DNA of 64,000 bases, filler included, from an uncultured bacterium (GCA_964371695.1; 17 parts of 17 records of this genome joined end to end with filler, not necessarily neighbours in it), one strand, 5' to 3'. Counted from the whole stretch's first letter, positions 1 through 10,559 are shown. Program-made: numbers and translations. The notes: a model not told the origin generated them from the sequence alone.

Positions 1-1
1 C

Positions 2-487
2 CATTGCATCACGGGGCGTTTCGAGGAAATGGGCGTGGTGTTTGAAGAAGGCCCGGACTCACTGCGGGTGGTTCCCCAAGGCCCGCTGAAACCGCTGGAA
101 ATCGACACCATGCCGCACCCCGGATTCCCCACCGACATGCAGCCGGTGGCCGCCGCCGTGTTGTGTCTGGCCCGGGGCGTGAGCACCATCAACGAGACGG
201 TGTTTGAAAGCCGCTATCTGTATACCCCCGAACTGGAACGCATGGGGGCCAAGCTCACGGTCAACGGCAAGCGGCTGATCATTCAGGGCGTGGACAAGCT
301 GGAAGGGGCCGAGGTGTTCGCGCCCGATCTCAGGGCTGGCGCAGCGCTGGTGATGGCGGCGCTGGCCGCCGAGGGTGTGAGCAAGGTCTATGGCCTGGAG
401 CACATCGACCGGGGTTATGAACACATCGAAGACCGCCTGAGCGCCGTGGGGGCGAAGATCAAACGGGTGAGGGTGTTGGAGGCCTAA
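2..487 (+). CDS. murA: UDP-N-acetylglucosamine 1-carboxyvinyltransferase, C-terminal part (5' truncated by window)
   Basis: Motifs PHPGFPTDMQ, ETVFESRY, APDLRAGAALV, HIDRGYE. Confidence 0.95.
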   Translation, partial: HCITGRFEEMGVVFEEGPDSLRVVPQGPLKPLEIDTMPHPGFPTDMQPVAAAVLCLARGVSTINETVFESRYLYTPELERMGAKLTVNGKRLIIQGVDKLEGAEVFAPDLRAGAALVMAALAAEGVSKVYGLEHIDRGYEHIEDRLSAVGAKIKRVRVLEA

Positions 488-604
488 GGGGGCACACCCC
501 ACTGAGCCAAGAGGGTTGAACAACGGGTTGAGCTGTAGTGGGGGGGGGNNNNNNNNNNNNNNNNNNNNNNNNNNNNNNNNNNNNNNNNNNNNNNNNNNNN
601 NNNN

Positions 605-682
605 GGGGCCCCGCCCCCCCCCCATCAAAAAGGACAAAAGACCTTTTTATTTGAACGGCGGGCGTGGACGCCCACCCCACTG
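605..682. repeat. GC-rich palindromic REP/REPIN-like repeat (family GTGG-GGCGGGCG-N4-CGCCCGCC)
   Basis: Reverse complement closely matches 46027-46100 (shared CAAAAGACCTTTTT(C)ATTTGAACGGCGGGCG.GGACGCCC.CCCCACTG). Confidence 0.75.
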
Positions 683-720
683 AAAGAAAACAAAAAAAGG
701 TGTGCTGTTTTTGTTTCAAC

Positions 721-746
721 TGGATTCCCGCTTTCGCGGGAATGAC
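721..746. repeat. ATTCCC-N8-GGGAAT palindromic repeat (dRS3/REP-like)
   Basis: TGGATTCCCGCTTTCGCGGGAATGAC. Confidence 0.7.
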
Positions 747-788
747 GCCACACCAACAAAAGCCCCCGCTCCCGTTTTTTGCCCCCGC

Positions 789-816
789 TTGACAACCCCC
801 CGCCGGGTGTTATCTT
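789..816 (+). promoter_or_regulatory. sigma70-type promoter of tetR-ABC operon
   Basis: TTGACA (789-794), 16 bp spacer, TG-N-TATCTT extended -10. Confidence 0.65.
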
Positions 817-856
817 GAACGAGCGTTCAATCAAGTTGGATTGAACAATCAATCAA
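815..856. promoter_or_regulatory. Two putative TetR operators
   Basis: Perfect 7-2-7 palindrome TTGAACG-AG-CGTTCAA (815-830) overlapping the -10, and degenerate copy TTGAACAATCAATCAA (841-856). Confidence 0.65.
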
Positions 857-859
857 GCC

Positions 860-1765
860 ATGACCAGCGCGCCCGCCAAACTTGAAGAAAAACGTCGCTC
901 CCCCAGCACCCCGGCGGCGCGGCCCGGCGCAGGGCGCGCCAGCACAAAACCCGATGGCCCCGGCGCAAAACCCAGCGGTCTCAGCACAAAACCCGATGGC
1001 CCCGGCGCAAAACCCAGCGGTCCCAGCAAAAAACCCGCAACCCCCGCCAGCGCGGGCCGGGCGCAAAACCCGCCCACGCCGCCGCTGGACGAAAACCGCC
1101 GTCAGGCCATATTGCGGGCCGCCTTTGCCGTGTTCGCCCGCGAAGGTTTCCACAAGGCCAGCATCAAGCTCATCGCCGCCGAGGCGGGCCTGAAATCTCC
1201 CGCCCTCATCTACTGGTACTTCCGCGACAAAAACGAACTGTTTGAAAAGGTGCTGGTGGAATGCAGCCCCATGCTCAGCGCCGTGCCCGACCTGACCCGC
1301 CTGATGGACGAGCCGCCCCATGTGGTGCTGCCCATGGTGGCCCAGGCCTATCTCTCGCTCTGCGAAGTGCCCGATGGCGAACGCATGTTCCGCCTGGTGG
1401 TGGCCGAAATGGCCCATCATCAGGAAATGGGCGACCGCCTGGCCCAGCAGGGTTTTTCGCTGTTCAAGGATTTCCTCACCACGTATCTGCGCCGTCAAGT
1501 CAAGCTGGGGCGCTTGAAACCCCACGACTGTGAAGCCGGGGCGGCCAGTCTGGCGGGGCCGCTTTTTGTCTATGTCTTCACCCGTGCGGTCACGCCCGCC
1601 CTGGCCCAAAACCTGCCCGCCTCGGCGGCCTTCGCCAAACACGTGGTGCGGGTGTTTTTAGAGGGATTGGGGCAGAATGCGCCTTCACCCGCCGTTCACC
1701 CAAACACTGCAAAATCATCTGCCGCCCGCCCGCCGGGCAAACCCGCCAAAGGAAAAAAACCATGA
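860..1765 (+). CDS. TetR/AcrR family transcriptional regulator with low-complexity N- and C-terminal extensions
   Basis: RRQAILRAAFAVFAREGFHKASIKLIAAEAGLKSPALIYWYFRDKNELF HTH; TetR_C-like C-terminus. Confidence 0.9.
   Translation: MTSAPAKLEEKRRSPSTPAARPGAGRASTKPDGPGAKPSGLSTKPDGPGAKPSGPSKKPATPASAGRAQNPPTPPLDENRRQAILRAAFAVFAREGFHKASIKLIAAEAGLKSPALIYWYFRDKNELFEKVLVECSPMLSAVPDLTRLMDEPPHVVLPMVAQAYLSLCEVPDGERMFRLVVAEMAHHQEMGDRLAQQGFSLFKDFLTTYLRRQVKLGRLKPHDCEAGAASLAGPLFVYVFTRAVTPALAQNLPASAAFAKHVVRVFLEGLGQNAPSPAVHPNTAKSSAARPPGKPAKGKKP
940..1022 (+). repeat. 42-bp in-frame tandem duplication in tetR
   Basis: CAGCACAAAACCCGATGGCCCCGGCGCAAAACCCAGCGGTC twice (STKPDGPGAKPSG x2). Confidence 0.9.
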
Positions 1766-2474
1766 CCGCAGGCAACGCCGTCGTCCGACTCCGGGAAGTC
1801 CACAAAACCTATCTGCTGGGCAGTGTGGAAGTGCCCGCCATCAAGGGCATCTCCATGGATATTCCCCAGGGGCGATTCAGCACCATTGTCGGCCCCAGCG
1901 GCAGCGGCAAAAGCACGCTCTTGAACCTCATCGGCTGCATCGACACCCCCACCCAGGGGGCCGTAACCGCCGATGGTGTGGACGTGGGATCACTCACCGA
2001 CAACGCCCTGTCCGACTTCCGCGCCCGCACCATCGGTTTCATCTTTCAGAGCTTTAACCTGCTGCCGGTGCTGAGCGCCTATGAAAACGTGGAATATCCG
2101 CTGCTGCTCGCCAAACTCCCCAAGGCGGAACTGGCCGACCGGGTGACGAGCATGATGCAGNNNNNNNNNNAGACAAAATGCACAACCGGCCCAATGAACT
2201 TTCCGGCGGCCAGCGCCAGCGCGTGGCCATCGCCCGCGCTTTGGTCAAGCACCCCAAAATCGTGCTCGCGGACGAACCCACCGCCAACCTGGACAGCAAA
2301 ACCGGCCACGCCATCATCGACCTCATGCGCCAGATGCAGGAAAAATCGGGCACCACGTTCATCTTCAGCACCCATGACCGCGCCCTGATGGACCACGCCG
2401 ATTTCATGTTTGAAATCAAGGACGGCCTGCTGGAACGCTCCGGCCCCGCCAACGGCGGAGGAAAACCCGCATGA
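1762..2474 (+). CDS. ABC transporter ATP-binding protein (LolD/MacB-like), spans 10-N gap
   Basis: GPSGSGKST Walker A before the gap; LSGGQRQRVAIARAL and LADEPTANLD after it. Confidence 0.9.
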
Positions 2475-3798
2475 ACCTGTTTGCCCTGGCCTGGCGCAAT
2501 GTTTTCCGCAACCGCAGGCGGTCGTTCATCACCATGACAGCCATTGCCGTGGGCACCGCCGCCGTGATGCTGTTTGGCGGCTACGTGGTGGGCATGGTGC
2601 TGAACATCGAAACCAGTTTTGTGCAGGCCACCGGCCACCTGCACCTCTACAAAAAAGGTTATTCCGACGAAGGCCAAGCCGACCCTCTGGCCTATTCCAT
2701 GGACGATTACCAGAACGTGCTGCGGACCTTTCGGCAAGACCCTTACTTTCGCCAGCGGGCCGTGGTGATTACACCCACGCTGCGGGCATCGGGCATTGTG
2801 GGCAATTTCAAGGAAGAAAGCTCGGTGACGTTTTTTGGTAAAGGTGTGGTGCCCGAACACCGCGAACGGATGAAAAAATGGAACCCCTATCACATGGCCA
2901 TGCCGCCGGGCAGCGACAATGAGCCGCCCCTGGACGCCTCGGACAGCGAAGCGGGCCTCATTGGCCGCAGCATGGCGCGCAACCTGAGCCTGTGCGACGA
3001 ACTGAAGGTGAGGGATTGTCAGGACCGCGAAAAGCAGGCGGCCCTGGCCAAAGAAGAAACCCTCACCGACGCCCCGCCCCTGGAAGACCTGGGTTTCCTG
3101 GAAGAAGTGCAGCAGCAGGACTCACCCGCCGCACCCCAAGAGGGCGAACTGGAAGACCTGAGTTTTCTGGAGGAAGTGAAAGACCAGCAGCAAAACGTGC
3201 CCAAAAAATCCGCCGCCACCGGTGAGGCCACGCTGGACCTGATGGCCGCCACTGCGGGCGGCAGCGCCAACGTGGTGGGGCTGAAAGTGCGCGGCACCGC
3301 TGACTTTGGCGAGCGCATGGCCGACAACCATTTCATCGTGATGCACCTGGATCACGCCCAGCAACTGGTGTTTGGCCGGGGCGAGAAAAAAATCACCAGC
3401 ATCGCCATACAGCTCAAAAAATCGTCTTACATGAACACCGCCAAAGCCCGCGCCGAGGCCCTCGTGAAAAAACACGGCTGGGACATCGAAGTGCAGGATC
3501 TGCCGGTGATCGCCCCGCTTTATGTGCAGGTGCTGGGCATGATGGGCACCATCTTCAGTTTCATGGCGATCATCATGGGAGCCATTGTGGTGTTCACCGT
3601 GGCCAACACCATGCGCATGAGTGTGATGGAGCGCGTGGGGGAGATCGGCACCCTGCGCAGCATGGGTCTGCGACAGGCGGGTGTGCGGCGGCTGTTCATT
3701 GTGGAGGGGGCCATGCTGGGGATTGTGGGGGCCACCGCTGGCGTGGGGCTGGCGGCCCTGGCGGGTGTGGTGTTTAACGCCATCGGTCTCACCTGGAC
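2471..3798 (+). CDS. ABC transporter permease (LolE/FtsX/MacB-like), 3' truncated
   Basis: LAWRNVFRNRRRS N-terminus; ANTMRMSVMERVGEIGTLRSMG FtsX motif; ATGA overlap with ATPase. Confidence 0.9.
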
Positions 3799-3969
3799 NN
3801 NNNNNNNNNNNNNNNNNNNNNNNNNNNNNNNNNNNNNNNNNNTTAATTAATTAANNNNNNNNNNNNNNNNNNNNNNNNNNNNNNNNNNNNNNNNNNNNCC
3901 CCCCGCCGTATTCGCTGCAAGTACCCTCTGCACATCCTCCTTTAACCCCGCCTGATACAATCCTGTTGA

Positions 3970-5202
3970 TTGACTCACCAGCCTGCACACGCCGAGACTG
4001 ATCCCCAGCCGGGGCGCCGCCCCGTCGCCCTGCGTCCCAAGCTGGGCACGGCCCCGTTGCTGGAGGCCCTGTCGGGACAGACCACCTTTCAGGCCAACGG
4101 CCGCGCCGTGGCGGCTTACCTTTTTGCCGCCCTCAAGCCCCTGTGCCTGCGGGTGTGCGTCACCAGCGGCGCGCTGCGGCACGAAGAACGCCTGGGCCGC
4201 CGCGACCTGCTGCAAACCATGGAAGACACCTTTCAGGGCGTGCTGCTGCGCAAGCTCAAGCAGGGCGGCGTATTTGAAAACGAAGATTTTTCGCTGGCGG
4301 CGGGCAAAAACCGCCGCCGGGTGTGTGTGTATGCCTTTTCATTGGGCGAAGAGGGCCAGGTGCTGCTGGTGCGTGAGCGCCCCCTGCGCCCCGCCACCCG
4401 CGCCGCTCTCGCGGACGTGCTGGGGCTGGTGGCCTATCTCGCGCCCCTGTGGGCCACGGCCCAACTGGGCCACACCCTGGCTCAGGAACAGCACCGCCTG
4501 AGTGAACGTCAGGTGGCTTTTGCCACCAACGTGAGCCACGAGTTGCGCACGCCCCTCACCACGCTGTCGGGTTATCTCAAAACCCTTAAACGCTCGGCAG
4601 ATGAAAAAATAAGCGAGCTGCTGGATATTTCCCTGACCGAGGCGGGCAAGCTGGAGCGGCTGGTGGAGGGTTTTCAGGAGTTTCTGAATACCGAAAAAGA
4701 CCACGACGCCCCCCATCTTGAAACCTTCGACGCCCGCGAGGCCATCCGGGGTCTGCTGGCGGTACACAGCCAGTTTGCCCCCGCCGGGCGGCCCCTGAGC
4801 GGCGCGCTGCCGCAAGAGGAAATGCTCGTGTCTTTTGACCTGGACCTGTTGCAGGCCATTTTTGGCGAACTGCTGGAAAACGCCCGCAAATATGGCGCAG
4901 GCCCTACGGTGGTGTTGCTGGGGCTGAGTCAGGAAAAACCCGTGGTGCATCTGCGGGTGACCGACGCTGGGCCGGGCGTGGCCGAAGACGAAATCCCCCG
5001 CCTGTTCGAGCGGTTTTACAAGGCGCACCGGCCCGACGCCTACAACGTGGGCGGCGCCGGACTGGGGCTGTATGTGGCCCGCCAGCGCGCCCGCGAAGCC
5101 GGAGGTGATCTTTATGCCGAAAAACTGCCAGGTGGCTTTGCCGTGGTGCTGGAAATGCCGTGTCTGAACACCCCACCCCCGGCACAAGAACCCGCAGACT
5201 GA
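3970..5202 (+). CDS. Sensor histidine kinase (HisKA + HATPase_c)
   Basis: VSHELRTPLT H-box, ELLENARKY N-box, DAGPGV, FERFYK, GAGLGL. Confidence 0.9.
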   Translation: MTHQPAHAETDPQPGRRPVALRPKLGTAPLLEALSGQTTFQANGRAVAAYLFAALKPLCLRVCVTSGALRHEERLGRRDLLQTMEDTFQGVLLRKLKQGGVFENEDFSLAAGKNRRRVCVYAFSLGEEGQVLLVRERPLRPATRAALADVLGLVAYLAPLWATAQLGHTLAQEQHRLSERQVAFATNVSHELRTPLTTLSGYLKTLKRSADEKISELLDISLTEAGKLERLVEGFQEFLNTEKDHDAPHLETFDAREAIRGLLAVHSQFAPAGRPLSGALPQEEMLVSFDLDLLQAIFGELLENARKYGAGPTVVLLGLSQEKPVVHLRVTDAGPGVAEDEIPRLFERFYKAHRPDAYNVGGAGLGLYVARQRAREAGGDLYAEKLPGGFAVVLEMPCLNTPPPAQEPAD

Positions 5203-5810
5203 TGTCTCGCGCCAAGGCCCCCGTCACCGATGCGGTCAAAAGCCCCTTTCCGGCGGCCAGAACCATGGCGCTGGTGAACGACACGCTGGTGAAGCCGCGC
5301 CACGTCTTCAACCTGATGCGCGGCGTGAAGGGCCGGGGCATTTTTGTGTGGGGCTGGTGCGAAGAGCCGGGGCGCTGGATGGTGTATCAGACGGGCCATG
5401 GCCTGGCGCGGGTGTGGCTCAGCGAAAAAAGCGACGGGGTGTGGCTGTTGGCCCAGGTGGTTTCGCCACTTCAGCCGGGGGCGGGGCGGGTTTATCGCAG
5501 CGGCGGGTTTTTGAGTCTGGTGCTGCTGTGTGTGGCGCTGGTGCTGGGCATGGGCTGGTGGGCCATGGGGCTGCAAAGCCCGGCGGCCTCGGTGCTGATG
5601 GTGGGTGGCTCACTGATGGTGGTGCTCAGCCTGTGGCGGGCGCTGGGCTGGAAAAGCACCCGCCAATCGGCGCAACACCTGCTGGGCCTGTTGGGGGCGG
5701 CGCTGGTGGTGGAGCAACCCTTTGGCGAAATCCGCCCCGGCCTGAACGCCCTTCAGCGCCACCGCGTGGAAGTCATGGAAAAACTCCGCCAGGAGAAAGA
5801 GGGGCAGTGA
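5202..5810 (+). CDS. Hypothetical membrane protein
   Basis: TGATG coupling to kinase stop; two hydrophobic segments. Confidence 0.6.
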   Translation: MSRAKAPVTDAVKSPFPAARTMALVNDTLVKPRHVFNLMRGVKGRGIFVWGWCEEPGRWMVYQTGHGLARVWLSEKSDGVWLLAQVVSPLQPGAGRVYRSGGFLSLVLLCVALVLGMGWWAMGLQSPAASVLMVGGSLMVVLSLWRALGWKSTRQSAQHLLGLLGAALVVEQPFGEIRPGLNALQRHRVEVMEKLRQEKEGQ

Positions 5811-5863
5811 GCGACCAGGGTGTTGATCAACATCCTCCAGTGGTTCATTCGATTTATAAATGA

Positions 5864-5919
5864 GTAGCAGCGATGTCCCCATCGCTGCTGTCATGGTGCG
5901 GTGGGGACACCGCACCTAC
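5864..5919. repeat. GTAG-type REP doublet (short REPIN)
   Basis: GTAG-CAGCGATG-TCCC-CATCGCTG followed by inverted GGTGCGGTG-GGGA-CACCGCAC-CTAC. Confidence 0.7.
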
Positions 5920-6006
5920 TCCTCATTTTTAAATAAATGAACCACTGGCCGACTTCCAACCTCCCGCCTCAGGCCTCAAGTCTGTCCTGGCGGCTACACT
6001 GATGTT

Positions 6007-7692
6007 GTGACGCCCCCAACACAGAGCGCACCCCCGCCGCGATACCGGTTGCTGCACCTGTCGGGGGCCGTGCTGAGCGGGATGGCGCTTTTGGCCACCG
6101 CCTGGGGGCCGGTGTTGGGCAACCACCTGAGCGCGCTGTTTTACCGGGTGTGGGTAGACGCCCCGCTGTTCATCGCCGAAAAGCTGCTGAGCCAGTTTTT
6201 TTCGGTGTTGCTGCTTATGGTGCTGCTGGGGCTGGACACGGCCCTGATGGTTTACTTCCGGGGCCGGGGCAAACGGTTTTTTCAAGAAAGCCGCCTGATT
6301 CCCGTGCTTTATGGCCCAGCGCGGTCGGTTTTTTATCGCGGATTGTGGCGCGCCCTGGGCTGGGTGCTGATGGCCCTGCTGCTGCTGTTTCTGTCGTGGC
6401 CCCTGATGGCCCTGTGGCTGATTGAGCCGGTGGGGGGCCTGATGACCCTGCTGTTTGCCGGGCTGCTTCTGGCGGCTTTGCGCCCGGGTGGCCTGGACAC
6501 AGGCCGCCGCCGATTGATGGGCGCGGCGGCGGGGTTGCTGATCTGTGCCTTGGCCACCGGCGATTTTTCGTCTGAAGACGCCCTGGGCCGGTTGTTGATG
6601 ACCGGTGTGCTGGCGGTGGGTCTGTGGTTGTGGATGAAGTCTTCCGCCGCTGTGGAAAAACGCCGGTGGCTGGCGGCGGTGTTGCTGCTGGTGTGGCTGG
6701 TGCTGGCGGTGTTCATGCGCGAGATGTTCTGTCTGTCACTGGGGCTGATGGCGGCGGTGGCGTGGGTGGTGTCGCAACGAAACCGGCAGCGGCCCCTTTC
6801 GGGCCTGGGTCTGTTTGGCCGCATGTTGGGTGTGGGGGCCTTGTTGTTTGTCTGGCACGCCACCCGCGTCAACCCCAGGGCCGTGGCGCCAGAGAGCTGG
6901 GCGGTGACTCCCCCAGGTGTGGGGGCCATTCGCCTTGCGAGCGGCCCCGGCGGCGGTGTGGCGGGTTTGGACACGCTGGGTCAGGGGGGGTGGGTGAGGC
7001 CCCCCGGCGAGGGCGCGGTGCCATTCAGCATTCAGTTGCCCCGCAACTTTCGTGTCACTCACATGGCGCTGGTGCGAGACGACCTGCTGGCCATCACCGG
7101 CGGCGCACCGGTGGGGGCCGACAAAAAACTGCGCTCGGTGTCTTATGAAGCTCTCAACGAAGTGCTGGTTTATGGTGTGGGTAACGGCCTGAAACTGCTC
7201 ACCCGCGAGCGGGCCGTGGACTGCGAAATGTTGAGCGGCGTGGCGGGTTATTCGGCGCGCCGGGCTTTTTTGGTGTGCGCCCGGCCCCACGGCGTGTTGC
7301 CGCTCAGCCTGCGCGATGGCAAACCGGGCGAGGCCCTCAGCCTCAGCGGCCTGCAACGCCCCGGTGCGCTGGCGGTGGCGGGGGGGCAGGGCCTGATGGT
7401 CACCGAGGGCCAATTGGGGGCGGGGTTCTGGTTTGTGCCGGTGGAAGGCCCGGACAAACTGGGGGAGCCACTTTTTTATCCCGTGGGGCCCCTGGGGCCG
7501 GTGGGGCGGCTGCCCGCCTCACCGTTTGTATGGCTCGCCGCCACACCCGCCGGGGCGTTCTGGCGTGTGGACACCAGCGGCGAAAAACCACGCCTGCGCC
7601 TGTTTCAGACACCGCCGGGGGCGTCGTTCTGGCGGCCTGCTTCGCTGGCGGTGACGGTCCTGGGTCTGGTGGTGGTGGAATCCCCCCTGGCC
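6007..7692 (+). CDS. Hypothetical polytopic membrane protein with C-terminal beta-rich (possibly propeller) soluble domain, 3' truncated
   Basis: About 8-9 hydrophobic helices then beta-strand-rich region; host-like codon usage. Confidence 0.6.
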
Positions 7693-7792
7693 NNNNNNNN
7701 NNNNNNNNNNNNNNNNNNNNNNNNNNNNNNNNNNNNTTAATTAATTAANNNNNNNNNNNNNNNNNNNNNNNNNNNNNNNNNNNNNNNNNNNN

Positions 7793-7994
7793 GTTCCACC
7801 CAGGGCAGGGAAGGCCCCAGGCCCTTAGGGTATTGCTCGGTGATCACCACCGGCAGGCCGAGGGTCTGGGACATCAGGCCCAGCACGCCGGTGATTTTTT
7901 CGGCCTGGGTCTGGCGCTCTGGTGGCATGGCGGCCAGCAGTTTTTCCTGGAAATCAATGACAAGAATCTGTGTGGTGTCGGCATGCAGGGTCAT
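7793..7994 (-). CDS. Isochorismatase-family hydrolase (YcaC/ISOC-like), partial
   Basis: LVIDFQEKL and TEQYPKGLG motifs. Confidence 0.85.
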
Positions 7995-8003
7995 GGCTGG
8001 TTC

Positions 8004-9635
8004 CTACACCGACAGGCTGGCGGCCCGCAGTTCGTCGGCCCCCACGTGTACGTTCACCACATAGGGCACGTCTGATTTCAGCATCCGCTCATAGGCCGCT
8101 TTGAGGTCTTCAGGCCGGGTGATGTTTTCGCCGTCGCCCCCCAGGGCCTTGACCACCTTGTCGTATTCCACATAACTCAGTTTGGTGGCGGGGCAGCGTT
8201 TGTCGCCATAAATCTGCAACTGGCCGCGGCGGATCTGGTTCCAGCTCGCGTCGTTGCCAATGACGCCCTTGATGTTGATGCCCTGTCGGGCGGCGGCTTC
8301 AAAGTCCATGCCGTTCAGGCCAAAACTGCCGTCGCCGTACACCACAATCACTTCGTGGTCGGGCTTGGCCAGTTTCGCGGCCATGGCATAACCGGTGCCC
8401 ACGCCCAGGGTGCCCAGGGGGCCGGGGTCCATCCACTGGCCGGGGCCGTGGATGGTGAGCACCTTGGCGGCGCTGGCCACGATATCGCCGCCGTCGCCCA
8501 CAAAAATGGTTTTGGGGCCGCAGAGTTTGTTGAGTTCGTGGGCGAAGCGGTGGGGGTGTACGGGTGAGCCGCCGTCTTCAAGCCGCAACTGGCTGCGGCC
8601 CTTTTCTTCGTGTTGGCGCATGGCTTCCACCGAGTCGCTGTAATCCCCCGGTGTGCCCATGGCCTCCATGAGTTGCGCCATCACCAGACCACTGTCGCCG
8701 ATGAGGCCCACTTCCACGCCCCGGCCCTTGCCGATCATGGCGCCGTCCATGTCCACGGTGATCATCTGCACGTTTGCCGGAATGGTGGGCGGGTCGCCGT
8801 AGCCGATGCGGAAATCCAGCGGCGTGCCAAAGTTCAGCAGCACGTCGCAGGCCGCCAGGGCTTTTTTTCGGCAGGTGGTGAACTGATAGGGGTGGTTTGG
8901 CCCCAACATGCCGCGCCCCTGTCCGTTGACGAACACGGGGGCCTTGAGCCAGTCCACAAAGGTTTTTACGGTGTCGCGGTGGCGGCTCCAATACACCTGA
9001 CTGCTCAGTAGCACCACGGGGTTCTTGGCGTTTTTGAGCAGGTCGGCGGCTTTGCGGATGTAATCAGGCTCACCGGCGGGCAGGGCGCGGGTGCGATATT
9101 TCTGAGGGAAAACAATGCGTTTCTCGTCGGCGCTGGACACCAGAATGTCCAGGGGCACCTCCAGAAAAACCGGGCCATAGGGCCAAGTGGTGGCCACACG
9201 AAAGGCCTGGGCCACGAATTCACCCAGGCGGCGGGTTTCGTGGATGGAGGTGGACCACTTGGTGATGGGGCGCATGAACTCCACGTGGTTCATCTCTTGC
9301 AGGCTGCCTTTTTCCTGAAAACCCACGGGGCCTTGGCCGCCGATGAGAATCATGGGCACCTGGGCGCGCTGGGCGCTCGCAACAGCGGTGGCGGCGTCGG
9401 TCACACCCGGCCCGGCGGTGACGGCAGCCACACCCGGCTCGCCGGTGATGCGCGCCCAGCCATCGGCGGCGTGGGCGGCAGATTGTTCGTGGCGAAAGTC
9501 CACCACGCGGATGTCCCTGTCCAGACAGCCGTCATAAATGTCCTGAATGTGTCCGCCGCAGAGGGTGAAAAGGGCCTTGCAGCCTTCGTTGGCCATTGCC
9601 TGGGCAATGATGTGTCCGCCGGTGAGTGAAGCCAT
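8004..9635 (-). CDS. Thiamine-diphosphate enzyme, acetolactate synthase-like / 2-hydroxyacyl-CoA lyase family
   Basis: FTLCGGHI, RHEQSAAHAADG, TAGPG, GSLQE, DPGPLGTLGVG, GDGSFG..GNDASW. Confidence 0.9.
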   Translation of the reverse strand: MASLTGGHIIAQAMANEGCKALFTLCGGHIQDIYDGCLDRDIRVVDFRHEQSAAHAADGWARITGEPGVAAVTAGPGVTDAATAVASAQRAQVPMILIGGQGPVGFQEKGSLQEMNHVEFMRPITKWSTSIHETRRLGEFVAQAFRVATTWPYGPVFLEVPLDILVSSADEKRIVFPQKYRTRALPAGEPDYIRKAADLLKNAKNPVVLLSSQVYWSRHRDTVKTFVDWLKAPVFVNGQGRGMLGPNHPYQFTTCRKKALAACDVLLNFGTPLDFRIGYGDPPTIPANVQMITVDMDGAMIGKGRGVEVGLIGDSGLVMAQLMEAMGTPGDYSDSVEAMRQHEEKGRSQLRLEDGGSPVHPHRFAHELNKLCGPKTIFVGDGGDIVASAAKVLTIHGPGQWMDPGPLGTLGVGTGYAMAAKLAKPDHEVIVVYGDGSFGLNGMDFEAAARQGINIKGVIGNDASWNQIRRGQLQIYGDKRCPATKLSYVEYDKVVKALGGDGENITRPEDLKAAYERMLKSDVPYVVNVHVGADELRAASLSV

Positions 9636-9649
9636 TGAGTTCTCCTGAA

Positions 9650-10387
9650 TCAGTTGGTTTTTGCGGTGGTTTTTTCTGCTTTGGTGTGTTTTTTGCCCGC
9701 TTTGGCCATGGCGGCGGTGGTGCGGTCGTCCCAGGCTTTCAGGGCAGGGCGATCAAAAAACAGGTCGTCGCCCTTCAGGCCGCGAAAGCTGTTGACAAAG
9801 CCGTGCAGCGCCACGTCCGCCAGAGACACCGCGTCTGCCGCCAGATAGGGCTGTTGTTGCAGGTGTTTTTCGAGGTGCGACAGTGACCGCAGCACTTCGT
9901 CTTTCAGGTCGTGCAGGCTGGCGAGTTTGAGTTTTTTGGCGAGCATGATGGGGAACATCCACGGCCCCGCCACGCCCAGGGCAAACTTCTCCCAGGTTTC
10001 CCCCTCGCTGGCCAGGGCCTCGCGGCGCATGCGCACCTTGGCGTTGCTGGGGCGGGTATAGGTGATGTACTGATACACCGCGGGCAGGTGGTCGTCTATC
10101 CAGTTTTCCCAGCGCAGAATTTCCTCGCGCAGGGGGCCTTCTTTGGGCATGAGGGGCGGCTTGGGATATTTGTCTTCGAGGTAGAGCACGATGTCGGTGC
10201 TGTCCTCGATGATCTCACCGTTGTCCGACAGAATCGGCACCAGCTTTTTCTTGGAGAACTTGAGGTCTTTTTTGGTGAGGGGTGAGACCGTGCGGGTGGC
10301 GTAGTCCAGGCCCTTATAGGCCAGCACGGCCTTGACCTTGTCGCAATAAGGGCTGGTTTCAAACTGATAGAGCAGGCGCTCGCTCAA
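9650..10387 (-). CDS. Glutathione S-transferase family protein (glutaredoxin/PTGES2-like N-domain)
   Basis: LYQFETSPYCDKVK, VPIL..DS motif, C-terminal SLADVAL. Confidence 0.85.
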   Translation of the reverse strand: MSERLLYQFETSPYCDKVKAVLAYKGLDYATRTVSPLTKKDLKFSKKKLVPILSDNGEIIEDSTDIVLYLEDKYPKPPLMPKEGPLREEILRWENWIDDHLPAVYQYITYTRPSNAKVRMRREALASEGETWEKFALGVAGPWMFPIMLAKKLKLASLHDLKDEVLRSLSHLEKHLQQQPYLAADAVSLADVALHGFVNSFRGLKGDDLFFDRPALKAWDDRTTAAMAKAGKKHTKAEKTTAKTN

Positions 10388-10440
10388 ATGGGGCCTCCGG
10401 GAAAAAGGTGGCGGCAGTATACATGCAGACGCCAGTGCTC

Positions 10441-10558
10441 AGCAGGGCGTTTATCAACGCCCTGCTAAATCCACGGATGGATTTTTCCGCTTGCAGGGGT
10501 TTCCAAAACCCCTGCAAAATGGGCTGAGAAAGTCCAGGATGGACTTTCTCGGCAACCG
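10441..10558. repeat. Multi-hairpin intergenic element related to 33771-33983
   Basis: CAGGGCGTTTATCAACGCCCTG, TTGCAGGGG..CCCCTGCAA and GAGAAAGTCC..GGACTTTCTC hairpins shared in inverted order. Confidence 0.7.
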
Positions 10559-10559
10559 G

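Noticed and set aside
2161-2170. Apparent frameshift splitting the ABC ATPase
   Set aside because: Coincides with a 10-N scaffold gap; not evidence of a pseudogene or programmed frameshift.
3799-3898. Recurring N-run + TTAATTAATTAA + N-run about every 4 kb
   Set aside because: Artificial contig spacer with stops in all six frames; adjacency across it has no biological meaning.
5950-5985. Weak 7-nt periodicity (CTTCCAA CCTCCCG CCTCAGG CCTCAAG)
   Set aside because: Only about four degenerate units; too weak to call.
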